Below are positions 1-13,490 of a DNA stretch of 64,000 bases, one piece after another (position 1 is the stretch's first letter; every line of letters starts with the position of its first letter). The stretch lies in the NCBI RefSeq assembly GCF_009914755.1, contig NC_060940.1; one strand, 5' to 3'. The notes beneath the pieces are model-generated. The model ran no database searches and was not told the DNA's origin. It saw nothing but the letters and a program-made list of their open reading frames with translations. The translations under genes were made by a program, and so were the position numbers. Origin of the DNA: the human T2T-CHM13v2.0 reference genome, Homo sapiens.

Positions 1-524
1 TTCTTTTTGGAAGAAGTAAGGTCTACTTGTACCAAGCCATGGTGGAAAGTACTTCATATGTTTCATCCTTTTTGGAAGGACAAGTGTATATATATTTCCC
101 AGCAAGACTGGAATTTAGTGTAAGGACAAGCAACTATCAACCAGCATATGCATTTCTAAAGTATTATAATGACTCCAATAATTCTTCTGGACAAGACTTT
201 ATATTAAGAAAAAGTGAGTCAGTCTTGACTACCAATAGTAATATTGGAAATAACTGAATATAAATAAATAAAATTAAAGGACTAGAAAGACTTTTCCCCT
301 TTATTTACAGCTGATGAGCCAGGAGCAAATCTGTCATCTACAGAGTCAGCCCAAGGTTGCCAGTTTGAAAGCTTTCATGGGACAGAACTCTGCAAAACCA
401 GTACAGCTCAGGGATTAGGTGCACTTTAATTTGAATGTTAATTGATCCAATTAAACAGCAGGGAAACTTTACATTAGAAGGATTCTGTTCAAAGACAAAC
501 ATATATGTTCACATATATGTATAT

Positions 525-634
525 GTGCTCATTTGTATATAGGTATATGTGTATGTAGATATCTAAACTACTAGACTCGTGCTCATTTGTATATACGTAT
601 ATGTGTATGTAGATATCTGTAAACTACTAGACTC
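525..634. repeat. Local tandem duplication, 2 x ~55 bp
   Basis: gtgctcatttgtatata(g/c)gtatatgtgtatgtagatatct(gt)aaactactagactc at 525-578 and 579-634. Confidence 0.9.
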
Positions 635-1844
635 ATGTGCTTGCATATTTTTGGTGGCCCTGTTAAGTACTTATCTGTCTAAAGATGAAATATGTTGAAT
701 GAACCACGCTCCCTGCCTACTAGTATCCTGTCTGACATTTCAAAAGCAGTGGACTAGCCATAATTTTTTTCTCTTTGTTCTCATCAAGATGAGCTTTTAC
801 AATTATATTGAAGTGTCCCTTCCATCAAAGTTTAGAGACGGATCCTTGCAGATGGGTGTGCTCTTTGAGAAGCTGCACTGGCTGTTCTTGGTTTCTTTGC
901 TTGCTACTAAGAGACATGCATTAAGAACAGAGACATTTCTCTATTTTTTAATAGCTCTTATAAATCCAGTTTTTGAACATTAAGACATGGTTGAAGATGG
1001 GGTCAACTTACCCCAAGAGAAGGAATGGGTACAGTAGTAAGGCTGATAAGAGTTTGCTTTTATTTTAACTCTTGCAGATTATGTGAGGGAGGCTCTCTAG
1101 TTACTGGTATACTGAGCCGTACTCTTGAGAATAATTAATGCTCCCCAATGACTTAATTAGAAGTTAACATCTCACTGTGTTCTTTCTTTTCTCTGATGGA
1201 AATAAAGGCCGTATCTGATACCTACCCTAAAAGAAGCACTGAAGGATAGATGAAGGCAAATTGCCTAAGTAGATGATCACTCTTGTGGGTCCTGGGAGAC
1301 AGCTGGACAGATTCTCACATTGTTAAAACTCAACCTTGTAATTCTTTCTAGAAGCTACTTTCTTTTCCTCCCCCCACCATATTTACTCCTATAGCAGAAA
1401 ATAACTAGAATGCAATAGTAAAGTACTGATAAAATATAATTCTATGAGGCAATGCATAAATGGCTAGCCCCTATAAAGATCAGCACGTACTTTGACTCAC
1501 TTTTCTAATAGCAATGGTGATTTATTTTCATCTATTCAGTCCATTTTCTCCACTTCTTATTACATGCATCTCAATAATCTCTGATAAAGGCAGCCTCTAG
1601 CTCTGGAGATAACGTGACTCATGGGCCAACATGGGGATCAAACATAACTTTCACATAATACCTGGTGCTTACTCTAGGAAATAAAGATTATTGTCTTGTA
1701 AAATTAATTTTGGAATTTATATCATATGTAAGCAATTTCTGTATTGGAGCTAATGAGTATATCAAGATTAAATTGACTTTTGTTAAAGAAAATAGATTAA
1801 TAGAATTATATAACATCTATCATAAGATAATAAAATATTTAACT

Positions 1845-2177
1845 CAGGTTGGTAAACTGTGGCCCATGGGCTGAATCTGACCTGCTAGTAGTGACTGTTT
1901 TTGTATGACCCATGGGCTAAGAATAGTTCTTCCATTTTTAGCTGAAAAAAATTAAAAGAAGAATTCTTCATGGTAAAAAATAATTATATGAAATTCAAAT
2001 TTTATTCTTCCACTTATTAGTAAACCTGCATGACAAAAATTTCTACTCAAATATTAGTATTATATTTTGAATTTTATCAATTAAATTTTATTAAGATTGT
2101 TTACCCTCTTACTATGTAACTACTTACATAAGATTCTTTACTCTCTGGCACTTTATATAAAAAGTTAATTGACCCCT
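1845..2177. mobile_element. hAT-Charlie MER58-type non-autonomous DNA transposon
   Basis: Termini caggttggtaaactgtggccc.. and ..aaaaagttaattgacccct resemble MER58 TIRs; internal gctaagaat..aaaagaagaat..tatgaaattcaaattt. Confidence 0.7.
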
Positions 2178-2475
2178 ATTTAAATAATATACAATAAAAT
2201 GATAAGACATGAAAAGTGTATAAATTATACTTCTATGATAAAATTTAGTCTTAATTATTTAGCACACAAATATATACTTGCAGAGTTGTGGTACTGAACG
2301 CAATGCTATTATTGCCAGGAACTGTAACAGAGGATATCTTCAAGTTAATGTTTCCTTGTATGTTTTTTCTTAAAGACTTTATTGTTCAAAAATCTTGATA
2401 TTTCAGTGGGTATAAATTATTTGTAAAATTCCCACAGTTTTAATCTCAAGTGGTCTTGTTAGGATAAGATATTTG

Positions 2476-2531
2476 ATGAAATATATAAGTAATATAAGTT
2501 CAATGAAGTATATAAGTAATATAAGTTCAAT
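2476..2531. repeat. 27-bp tandem repeat, 2 copies
   Basis: atgaa(a/g)tatataagtaatataagttca x2. Confidence 0.85.
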
Positions 2532-3464
2532 TAACTGTACAAGTAATTGCAACTTAGATGTTTTGAACAAAAATTCTGCTGTTATTTTACATTTTCATGA
2601 GTATAAAATATTCCACTCTATCTTAATCAGCAACTTACATTTGGAATCAAAGATCATATGAGGAAAATGTTTTTGATAGAAGAGTATTTTTGCTCCTGTG
2701 ACTTTTAAAGCAGCAGCTTTCTAAAAATTCTGAAATTGGCCAACTTTCTAGAATAAACTGAAAAATAGATTTTCATTTAAGCACTGCCCACTAAGAGCTC
2801 ATGATATTTAAGCAAGTGATTTTCACTTACCCTTGTCAATAATAAATTTCTGGGTAAATGGTTTGTGTATTTGAAATTGTATTTATTTTAGAATTCCAGG
2901 AACTGATCTTTGGCCCCATTTTATTTACGCTATACTTTTTCCTACAGTTTTTTGAAAAATTAAATTAAAAATATGATGTAATATCATTTAAAAACCCATT
3001 TTCATTTTTTCAGTTTTTTTTCAAAACAAATGGTCACTTGTTAAAATAGTTTATTTTTTCATTATATTGTTTTTAGTGCTTCAGCTTTAAATGAAGATTT
3101 CTAAGTCTCATCAAAAGGCCAATTTCCAAAAAGAAAATAAACCCCCCCACCAAAAAAACTAGGATAGTCTCAAAGAGCTTAACTGAAATATGACTTTCTC
3201 TGAGTGTCAAAGGAATTGTGATGAGATTCGTGATCATCCACTGTAAGTAGACAACGATTAGGGATAATGACATTGGCATTACATGGCTTTGAGTTTTTAA
3301 AAATAGAATATCAGCTCTGCTCTACAAATACCGATTTTTCTTGATTAAATACTATGTTTAAAATTTAAAGCTATTCTACTTCAGATTAAACAATATTGAG
3401 GCCTTAATATTGTTCACTAATGAATCATATGACCTTTAGGTTGCCAATTAGTCCCAGGTTGTTT

Positions 3465-3973
3465 AAGAAATCGTTCTGTTATAAAGACACATGCACATGT
3501 ATGTTCATTGCAGCACTCTTTACAATAGCAAAGACATGGAATCAACCTAAGTGCCCATTAGTGATAGACTGGATAAAGAAAACTGGTACATATACACCGT
3601 GGAATACTATGTAGTCACAAAATAGAATGAGATCACATACTTTGTAGTGCCATGGATGGTGCTGGAGACCACTATTCTTGGCAAACTAACAAGGGAACAG
3701 AAAACCAAATACTGCATGTTCTCACTTATAAGTGGGAGCTAAATGATGAGAACACATGGACACATAGAGGGAAACAACACACACTGGGGCTTTTTGGAGG
3801 ATGGAGAGTGGGAGGAGAGAGAGAATAAGGAACAATAACTAATGGGTACTAGGCTTAATACCTGAGTGTTGAAATAATCTATACAACAAACCCCCATGAC
3901 ACAAGTTTACTTATGTAACAAACCTGCACTTGTACCTCTGAACTTAAAAAATAAAAGTTAAACAAACAAAAGA
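3465..3973 (+). mobile_element. L1 3' end (L1PA13-15-like)
   Basis: ORF2 C-terminal remnant (YKDTCTCMFIAALFTIAKTWNQPKCP), then 3'UTR ataactaatgggtactaggcttaatacctg and an A-rich tail. Confidence 0.9.
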
Positions 3974-6311
3974 AGTCCTTCACTATCCTTTAAAAAATAT
4001 TTTCATTTTGTTTTCACTGACTGAAAGTTTACAGAATGATCTAGCTCCTGAAAACAGTAGGAAGAGTAAGAAAAATGCATCCAACATTGTTATGTGCATG
4101 TTCAGATTGTTAGTTGAATATATCTGATGAAATATTAAATCATGCAGACTTTGACCTGATTGTCTTCCATGCTCTAGTGTTTCAATTATTATTTATAGCT
4201 TATTTTTCATTTTTATTCATTCAATAATTTTGACCTCAACTTTAGAATTTATCTATAATCATTGAAATTATATTTTTCAAATTAACTAGTATGATAGGGA
4301 AGGGTTGACCCATCACAGTGTATGTGCTTAAATAGGAGATGTTTCCTATATTGTTGCATGATGTTCCTATGTTGTGGGTGGTGGTGGCATGCAAATTCTT
4401 ATAAAATGTATGGATGATTGTTTTCATGGGTATTTCAGTTAGGAATATTTAGGAATACTCTTTGACAGATTTTCAAGAACAGGTCTTGAGTTGTAGCATC
4501 AAATGCTAATATCAGTTTGATTTTGATCACTTTAAAAAGAAAAATCTCAGAAAGTGAAAGAAATGCCCCAAACCTCATGCAGACAAAAATTACAGAGTTT
4601 TGGAGACCCTGTGATTAACTGAAAACACTGAAATGAAGTAGTTTACCCAGAAGATTAACATTGGAATTGGAAGGATTCAGGGTTTTAAAAACAGGGTTTA
4701 AAATCTTAAGAAATAGTAGTTTACCCATAATTTTAAGTTACAACAAATTGTATCTCTAAATAACAAAAATGTCATTGACTGTTCAATTGTCTTCTTATAT
4801 TTTTGGGGAAAATTTTGATGTCTAACAGTTTAACACTTAAATTTCTTCCATGAGCTCTTAAGCTGTGATTGTCTGTGTATTGCAATTAAATATGCATGCC
4901 TGTATGTGTATGCATGCATTTATTTGACTTTTGAAACTGGCTTTCCTTGTTTTTAATCTATGATTTTTAGGCTCTCCAAAGTGCTGATTACTTCAGGGGG
5001 CTGATGGCTCTGTGTTGGTAAAGACCAATCTGACATATAATTGCACAAGCAAAGATACTTTTGTTTCTTAATTGACTTTTGGAGGACAAAGATTTTTTCC
5101 AAAACGTCTTTTGTTAGGGTCTTCATAGTTAGTTCATAGTTACTAACTACAGTTACATAGTTCTGTAGTTAGTGAAAAACTACAGAACTGTGTAATGATA
5201 AAGAATGTACATGCCAAACGCATTACAAGTTATCATTATTGCTTCAGTTTGCCCATGGAACATTGGTATTTGGAAGAGGAAGTGGATATGCTTGGGTGTT
5301 TTTTTTCCCCTCCTTCCAGTGAATTTTCATTATGGTTCATGGAAAAGTGGTACTCTAGTAATAAAACTGGGAAAATAGCATAACAGCAGGTAAAAATGAG
5401 CCTGTTTATGTTACAGTTAATGAGTCATTCCAATGTAATAATTGGAGAAGTGAGTGAAGCCTGAAAACATTTGACATTTTAAGTAGTTCAAAATTAGTAA
5501 CTATAAAATTTTTTAATGCCATAAGTATTTAATAGAGCAGTGATGAAATTTATCTCCAAGGTTTTTAAATCACAACGGAAAAAAATGGTGTGATATTATC
5601 AGTTGGCCTATAGCTCTAATTGCTTTTTTTATTAAGTACCTCTCATTACTTGGCAGTGCTCTAGAATAAGATATTATGGGCTTCTAAATCGTAAAAGACA
5701 TATTAGTTTCTGTAACCATTTTCTTCCCACTGGCAATTATGATACTTATAAATGGGGTCATAGGTTGATATTACTTTAAAAGCACCATGTAAATATATAA
5801 ATTCACCTGCCTTCCTAAATTACGTTTATTGTATACTTTTTAGAAAAATTATAACCTGTAATTTCATTAATGGACTTACTCTGCAATTATGACCTACGGA
5901 AGTATTTTTTTCAATGTCCTTTGAATAAGGACACGGATAAACTCTCCTAGCAATTGGTTGTAAGCCTTAGGGTTGATAGTTGCTTGGATGACCTTGAACA
6001 GACATTTGATTCCCTTGGCCCACCACAGAGACCCCCACATTTTCCCATCAATATAAAGCAATTGCCTTTGCTATACCAGGCCCAATAGAGGGATTTCTTG
6101 GAAAATCTGAGAAAGTCAAATTTCTAGGCTAATAGCTTTGCTCTAAAAGAGTGCATGTAGATTTATATCTTTAAGACTTGTCTTCAGTATTCAAAGATAC
6201 TATGTATTGGTATTTTAAAATCTGCTGGTCAGCTGACGACTGACCAAGGACAAAAAAGGAACTAGATTGAAAGTGGTCTTTAAGGGAAATGAGTTGCTGA
6301 GATAGAATTAT

Positions 6312-6313
<2 letters not shown>

Positions 6314-6350
<37 letters not shown>
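6314..6350. repeat. (TG)18 microsatellite
   Basis: Uninterrupted TG run. Confidence 0.98.
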
Positions 6351-6352
<2 letters not shown>

Positions 6353-7760
6353 GATAACTGTGGGTGGGAATTGGAAAACAGACCATTTTGGTAGGGGAAA
6401 TAGAAAGCATTGCCCCTAGGTGGCACATTTTGAATTAAATAGTGATGGGATGTAGAATAAGATTGCTTCATATTTGCTATCCATACCAGAGTAGTCTCCA
6501 GTATGCTTTTAAACCAGTATGTGGGATTAAAAATTAGCAAGAGGTCTTCTTGGCTCTAGTTTAAATTCACCCAAACAGAGAAGTGATATTACCCTTTTGC
6601 GATCTCAAAGATCTTTATTTTCTAGGACTCGGTGTAAAGACCTCAGGATCCCCAGTAGTTAACTCAACTTCTTCTCCCACCGTGGGTGCTAGTCTTTCTG
6701 AACCTAGCAATGAAGCAGAATATGTTGGGAGAGATTTTGGCTTAAAAATCACTAGATAAATTGAAGCATAATTTAACTCCTGAAGACAATGCGGTAAAGT
6801 GATACGGGTGGCAAGAGAAGGGCATGATAAACAAAGTTGAACATTTTTTCACATCTTTCACTTTTATCTCTCAATTTTGGCTGATTTTAAACAAAAAGAA
6901 TTTATGTCCAAGGCAGAAAGCTGCAAGAATGCTTAGTGATCCTCATAATTAAGGATTTATAATACATATTTACATTTGCCATGTTTTAGATGTTTAGGAC
7001 TTAATTAAAAGAACATTCCTAAAATAAAAGCAATTCTATCTAAATTGGTGATGAGGGAATTCTATGCAAGGTTGTAAAGCTGCTCAATTAGGCTCTTTTG
7101 TTTCATAGTGTGTATGATTTCTGTGCTTATTTGAACTGTTGTACTTTAACATGACAACTGTGTCACAATCCTGTTAAGAAAACTTCATGCTCACATACAG
7201 CTTCATAACACTACCTCTTAAGTATCAAAAGATGTAAGCTTTTCTAAAACAAATATACAAAAAATAGCAATAATTTGAGGAAAGAACTAGGGTACATTTA
7301 AGAAAGCAAAGAGCAAACACTGTAGATAACATTTAGTTTCTTAAACTCCTAGCATCCTTTATCACAAAATGAAACATGATAAAACAAAACATTTCATGGT
7401 CAAATACATACTAGGGGAATGGAAAAAGGAGGCTAATGTAGAATTTTAGCTACTAAAAATAAAATTGTGATCACCATAATTTGCTACGCTTAACACGCAA
7501 AACAGCCTGATTCATTTTTTTAACCTGTTCTCTTTGTAAATGATCACATTGGTTTCTTGGAAGCTTTGCTATGTGCTTGCCTGTGGGATAGTTTCTTTAT
7601 ATTTATGTATAATTGCAACATGAACCAGATTAGCATGAAAGTATGTAGGTAGTACCATTAATCACTGAAACATTCTCTAGAGAAGATGTCAGGAAGTTCT
7701 CTGTTTTTCTGAGTTAGCAAAATCGAGCCTCCTGTGATCATTTTCCTTTTTCATTTTCCT

Positions 7761-7880
7761 GGATATGAGGATGATCTGGCTGTGACATCTGTCATGTTAG
7801 CGATGGCCAGGGTTGATTTGGCTGAGATGGCTGGTAAGGCAGCTGTTCCCTCTTCCTTCCTCACTGCTCCCTGTGACCCT
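7761..7880 (+). pseudogene. 7SK snRNA retropseudogene, 5' ~120 nt only (3'-truncated)
   Basis: ggatatgaggatgatctggctgtgacatctgtca..gccagggttgatttggctga..ggctgg..ttccttcctcactgctccctgtg aligns from position 1 of 7SK (GGATGTGAGGGCGATCTGGCTGCGACATCTGTCA..GCCAGGGTTGATTCGGCTGATCTGGCTGG..CCCTCACCGCTCCATGTG) with CpG decay; no poly(A). Confidence 0.9.
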
Positions 7881-8131
7881 GATTCACTCCATTTTATATC
7901 ATACAATATTTTACCTACTACACATATTATTGTAGTTTTAGGTAAGCTTGACATAATGTACTGTTATATTTCACCAAAGGTACAGATTTTAAGAAAAAGC
8001 AAGTTTTGCCTTGCAGCTATATTTCATTGTTAGGCACATCCAACATTAAGTTGAGGCTTATGAACATGGCAAACAAATGTCTTCCTACTCAGTACTTGCT
8101 GATCTTTCCACTTTTGTCTGTCTTTACTGCT

Positions 8132-8500
8132 TGATATAGCTTGGCTCTATTTCCCCCACCCAAATCTCACCTTGAATTGTAATAACTCCCACGTGTCAAG
8201 GACAGGACCAGGTGGAGATAATTGAACCATGGGGGCGGTTGTCCCCATACTGTTCTTGTTATAGTGAATGAGATCTCGTGAGATATGATGGTTTTATAGG
8301 AGGCTTTCCCCTTCACTTGGCTCTCAGTCTTCTCTTGCCTGCCACCATGTAAGACGTGCCTGTTTTGCCTTCTGCCGTGATTTTAAGTTTCCTGAGGCCT
8401 CTCTAGCCATGCAGAACAGTGAGTCAATTAAACTTCTTTTCTTTGTAAATTACTCAGTCTCAGGTATGTCTTCATAGCAGCATGAGAGCAAACTAATACA
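8132..8500 (+). mobile_element. THE1C/D-like (ERVL-MaLR) solo LTR, sense to the gene
   Basis: tgatatagcttggctc..caaatctcaccttgaattgt..gagtcaattaaac..ctaataca; perfect 5-bp TSD CTGCT (8127-8131 / 8501-8505). Confidence 0.92.
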
Positions 8501-9712
8501 CTGCTTTTTCTTCTTCAATCCTGGTGTCCCCTGTGTCCTCTACTCTTCATTTCTTGGCCTTTGCATCTGTTGTTCCCTTTGCGTAAATTACCCTCAAATA
8601 CTTCACTCTAAAACCTCTTGGAAAATGTCTACCCAAAACAAGCCTCATCTCCTTTGTCCATGGAGTCTCACCACCTCAAGTTTAATCATTCTCTAGCAGA
8701 AATTTCATAGCACTTCAAATGTTTGCTTATTCCTGCCCTGATCATAGACTATCAAAATGGATTTTTAAAAAGTTTCCTTTGCAAAACTGAAATTTTTGAA
8801 AGACAGAAGTATTATGTTAATCACTTCAGTATCTGCAACATCTAGCACAGTGCCTGGAATAAAGAGCATATTCAGTAAATGGGAAAACAATACGTTGATG
8901 GATGATAATTTGTATTTTTTTTCAGTTGAAACACCAAAAACAGAGAAGATGAACAGAATCAGGCTAGACAAATTGGAAAATTGTGTTATTTTGGTGATTT
9001 AAACGTCCTTTTTATTTAGGATCCCATTGATTTTTGCTATCATTTTAAAACTTTGACTTTGTATTTAACTCTATTCCATTTCATTTCATTAGGTTGCATA
9101 CATATTCTAGTCTGTCATAATCCATTATGGTACATATTCTCCTGGTCAACCTATTCTTACTATTTCTCACTATCTCTCTTTTCCTTTCCCTCTCACCTTT
9201 TTAAAAAAAATTTATAGCAAATGTAATTTGATAGGCCACTACATCAAATTATTTTGGATTGAGGACTCTCAATAGACAAACAAAAGATACATCATGAGTA
9301 TAAAATAAAATTGGAACAGCATCAGCTACTTCCAATCCATCCTCATGTCTTCCTATGCCTGTAGCACGTGCCCGATCATCTCTAGCAATTTGAAAGTAGT
9401 ACTGAAAATTACTCTCCACATTATGAGAAGAAATTTTCAACTCCATCCAGTTTGGACTTCAAGTCTTTTGTATTGGTTTTTATTTTCCATTTTCTCTTTA
9501 AAGACTTTTCTCATTCACATAGGGTAGAAGAAAAATAAAATTCATTCTCTATTTTTTCTTTTCATTATTAACTTTTACAAAGGAGTGTGACCACAGCCTC
9601 CTTGCCCTTCTTTTGCCTACAAACATATGCAAGATGTTTCTTTTCATTGCCTTTAGCATTTTTTTTTTTTTTTACCAGCATTAATGAGTTCCAAACTTTT
9701 ATTTTCCGCCTG

Positions 9713-10000
9713 TTTTTTTTCGAGACAGAGTCTTGCTCTGTCTCCCAGGCTGGATTGCAGTGGCACAATCTCGGCTCACTGCAACCTCTGCTTCCCAGGT
9801 TCAAGCAATTCTCCTTGCCTTAGTCTCCCATGTAGTGACTACAGGCACCTGCCACCATGCCTGGCTAATTTTTGTACATTTAGTAGAGGCGGGGTTTCAC
9901 CATGTTGGTCAAGCTGGTCTTGAACTGCTGGACTCAAGTGATCCACCCGCCTCAGCCTCCCAAAGTGCTGGGATTACAGGCATGAACCACCGCACCTGTC
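9713..10000 (-). mobile_element. AluS (Sx/Sz-like)
   Basis: Full dimeric antisense Alu, gagacagagtcttgctctg..gggattacaggcatgaaccaccgcacc. Confidence 0.95.
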
Positions 10001-10892
10001 CTTATTTTCCTCTCTTAATTGCACATATGTTCCTTTTATTATTTTCTGGTAAAACCCATCACTTGTATTTAGATTCTGCTCACGTTTCATCCTCCTCATG
10101 GTACACATTTGTGATTTTTATTGCCAGAAGTTTATAGTCATAACTTTTCATGCATGTTGACATATGTTATCATTAATAATGACAAATATTCCTTTTGCAG
10201 TGGGCTCTGTGGACTCCAAGGTGGTGAAGTGTGCCCTGTCTTATTTTATTCTCACACAGGCCTGTGAGACAAGTGTTACTATGATTATTTTACAAACTAG
10301 GAAACAAATTTAGAAGGTGCTTCCAAAGCTACTGAGTAAGGAAGAACAAAAATGAGGCTTAGACCCAATGACTCCAAAATCCATTGTTCTTTGAAATGGA
10401 AAGTGCCCATCTTCTCCCTGCATCTGTGAAATCTCCTCTCCTGAATATCAAAACCACACATGCTCATTCTCAAGGTTCTCGCTCTGGCACGATAGTAAAT
10501 TCTAAGAACCCATATACCACATATGCTCATTCCTTCCTCTTTTTTCCAAGGATCTGTCACTTTCATCTTAACAACAAGCCCCTTTTGATTAGTCAGAGTG
10601 AAGTGGCAGGCACTCGCTCATGTAGATAACTAACGTTTTCTCCTCTGAGTGTACACTGTCCTGCTTGCTTCTTGGTACCCAAAGACCTATTCACTTCCTC
10701 TAAATTCCTTCTTTGAGTCAACAATTTCAAGAAAAGGGTAAGTGGTTGAAACAGCCTAAATCACAAAGAAAATCCAACTCCTTTCTGCAAGATTGCAGCA
10801 CTGCCTGACCAAGGCATTCTACCAGTTTTGTTCCTTTCCTCCATAAAAGCTTCACTCCTTCCCGATGTTCAGAGACATATTCCCTTTGGTGC

Positions 10893-11292
10893 CATATTAG
10901 TCTTCTATGGCTGCCATAACCGAATACCACAGAATGAGTGGCTTAAACAATGTACATTAATTTTGTCACAGTTCTGGAGGCCAAAAGTCCATCAAAATGC
11001 CATCTAGGTTGGTTTTTGGTGTAGCCTCTCCTCCTGACTTGCAGATGACCACCTCCTTGCTGTGTCTTATGTGGCCTTTCCTTTGTGCACATGGGAGAGA
11101 GAGAGCGATATCTCTGGTGTCTCTTCCTTTTCTTATAAGGGGCCAGTCTTATTGGATTAGGGCCTCACCCTTACAACCTCATTTAAACATAATTGCCTCC
11201 TGTTATGGCCCTCTCTCTGAATAAAGTCACATTGGGGATTAGGGCTTTGACATATTAATTGTGGAGTGGGGGGTATAATTCAGTCCATAACA
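10893..11292 (-). mobile_element. MLT1A/B-type MaLR solo LTR
   Basis: tattagtc..gctgccataac..cacagttctggagg..ggattagggc..tcagtccataaca; 5-bp TSD GGTGC on both sides. Confidence 0.88.
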
Positions 11293-13091
11293 GGTGCTCT
11301 CACTGTTGCAACTGTCTAAATTACATTGCTTTTTTTCAGTATTGGGAAACAATTTTTGAAAGTTCAACAGTAGATACATTGCTTTTACAGGTTAAAACTT
11401 AACAGCTGAGTGGAGTCATCCTGAAGTTGAATCCTGGTTCAGTGCATTGCCGAGATCAATGGCATGGCATTCTCATCCATCAGCCACCACTGCCTGGTGG
11501 ACATGGGAGTACCACTATCTATCCCTTCTTTTTCTCTTTGCTTTTATCTGCACCTGGTGCTGTCTAGGTGCCTCTAGTACCCAAGAGTTTCTGATATCCC
11601 AACATTTCCATAGCCATTATCACAAGTATTATTTTATCCCCTTCCAAAGTACTTTCTTCTGTATGTTACCCAGCTCCAGTTGTGCTGTGATTTGCTCTGT
11701 GTGTTTCTCATATCCCCTTCTCAAAAGTTGATTGTACAGTTTGTTTTATCTGGCACTTTCCCACTTCGTAATCAGTAAATCTCAGTACACACAGCTCCTC
11801 CTCCTTCTTCCTGTGATACATTCTATGCTTAGTCAAAAACAAACAAATAAAACATAAATAAAGCAAACAAACAATAATCTTTCTAGTAAGTTTTGAAAAG
11901 TCAGTTTAAAATTTATCATCTAATTTTAAATTTGTAGGATGCCCTCCACGAATTGAGAACTGGGACAGATGCTTGCCATACATTATTTCAGTCAATCTTA
12001 GCACAGCATCTGTTCATGCCCAGTGTTTTCTCATACGCATGCTTTCCCATCCTTTCCAGTGCATTTCTCTTGTGGCTAAGTAGCCTTTGGATTTATCTTT
12101 TCAAAGGTTTCACAGTAGCCCATCAAGTGGATATACTTTTATTTAAACATTCCTCTATTTTGAACTCATTGGTTGTCCATTGACTTATTTTTTGATTTCT
12201 CAGTCTATCAGCATCTGCTTGTAGTAGTATATGGCTCCCTTAAGATTCTTGTATTTCTCTAATATGACGGTATCTTAACCCATTTGCAAATGTCAATGTC
12301 ATGAACTGTTCAATGTCATCCAACTTTGTCTTGCAAGAGTCCACATTTCTTTTGGAAGGAGAAATTTAACGTTACCACTGTCTCCTTGCACCCCTCCCCT
12401 TCCTGCTCAAGAATTTATGGCACTTAAAGATAATTCCTTGCCTCTTCGAGCACTATCATTTGTTCAACCATGAACCTGTGGTGGTGGGTACAGACTGTCA
12501 TGTATGACGGATCTCAGAAGTGCATCTGTCACCCTCCAGGAAACCCTTTCACTCATCAATTGGTCTTGTCATTTATAGGCACAGCTGTCTCTCCAGCCCT
12601 CAGCGGCATTACCAATCTTCCCTACATGTGTTCCTCTCTGGAGCTCAGTGCCTGTGGCCTCTGATGGGCTGCTGCAAATGCAGGTTTTCGGTTGTAACCA
12701 TCAGCCTAGTGTCTTCTCCAGAGGCATGATTTACTATTTATGGGTAGGACCTCCTAACTGCTGTATCATTCCTCTCTTGGTACTGATTTTGATTTCCTTC
12801 TGGCATCATAGAGTTTTCTGTCTTCCTTATCAAAAATATTTTTTTTTCTGTCTTTTTGAAGAAAAAATAGGCATCTTAAGAAAACAGACTAGTGTTTCTC
12901 AATACTTCTACTTTCTGCTTATCAGGGACAGCAACCTATATTTAATGAACATCAAAATGAAAAAGAAAACACTTCAGATTTAGAATTTTGAATGAGAAGT
13001 CTGTTTCCATTGCTAAACCAGAACCAGTGCTACTTAAGCCAGTCTCCTGGAGAGTGAATATGATTCTGTAAAATATCAAATATGCTTTTGA

Positions 13092-13490
<399 letters not shown>

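Noticed and set aside
290-360. Acceptor-like ttttcccctttatttacAG followed by exon-like sequence (similar acceptor at 28561)
   Set aside because: No convincing donor and no recognisable Caspr peptide.
7930-7948. Possible recursive splice sites (TAG|GTAAGC here; also CAG|GTAAGC near 33827 and AAG|GTAACC at 34985)
   Set aside because: Each lacks either a good polypyrimidine tract or a YAG plus strong donor; expected by chance in 64 kb.
9568-10137. Overlapping ORFs of 78-134 aa (likewise at 13.1, 42.9, 51.2, 52.3 and 62.6 kb)
   Set aside because: Standard Alu translation artefacts ([12 protein letters not shown].., [10 protein letters not shown]).
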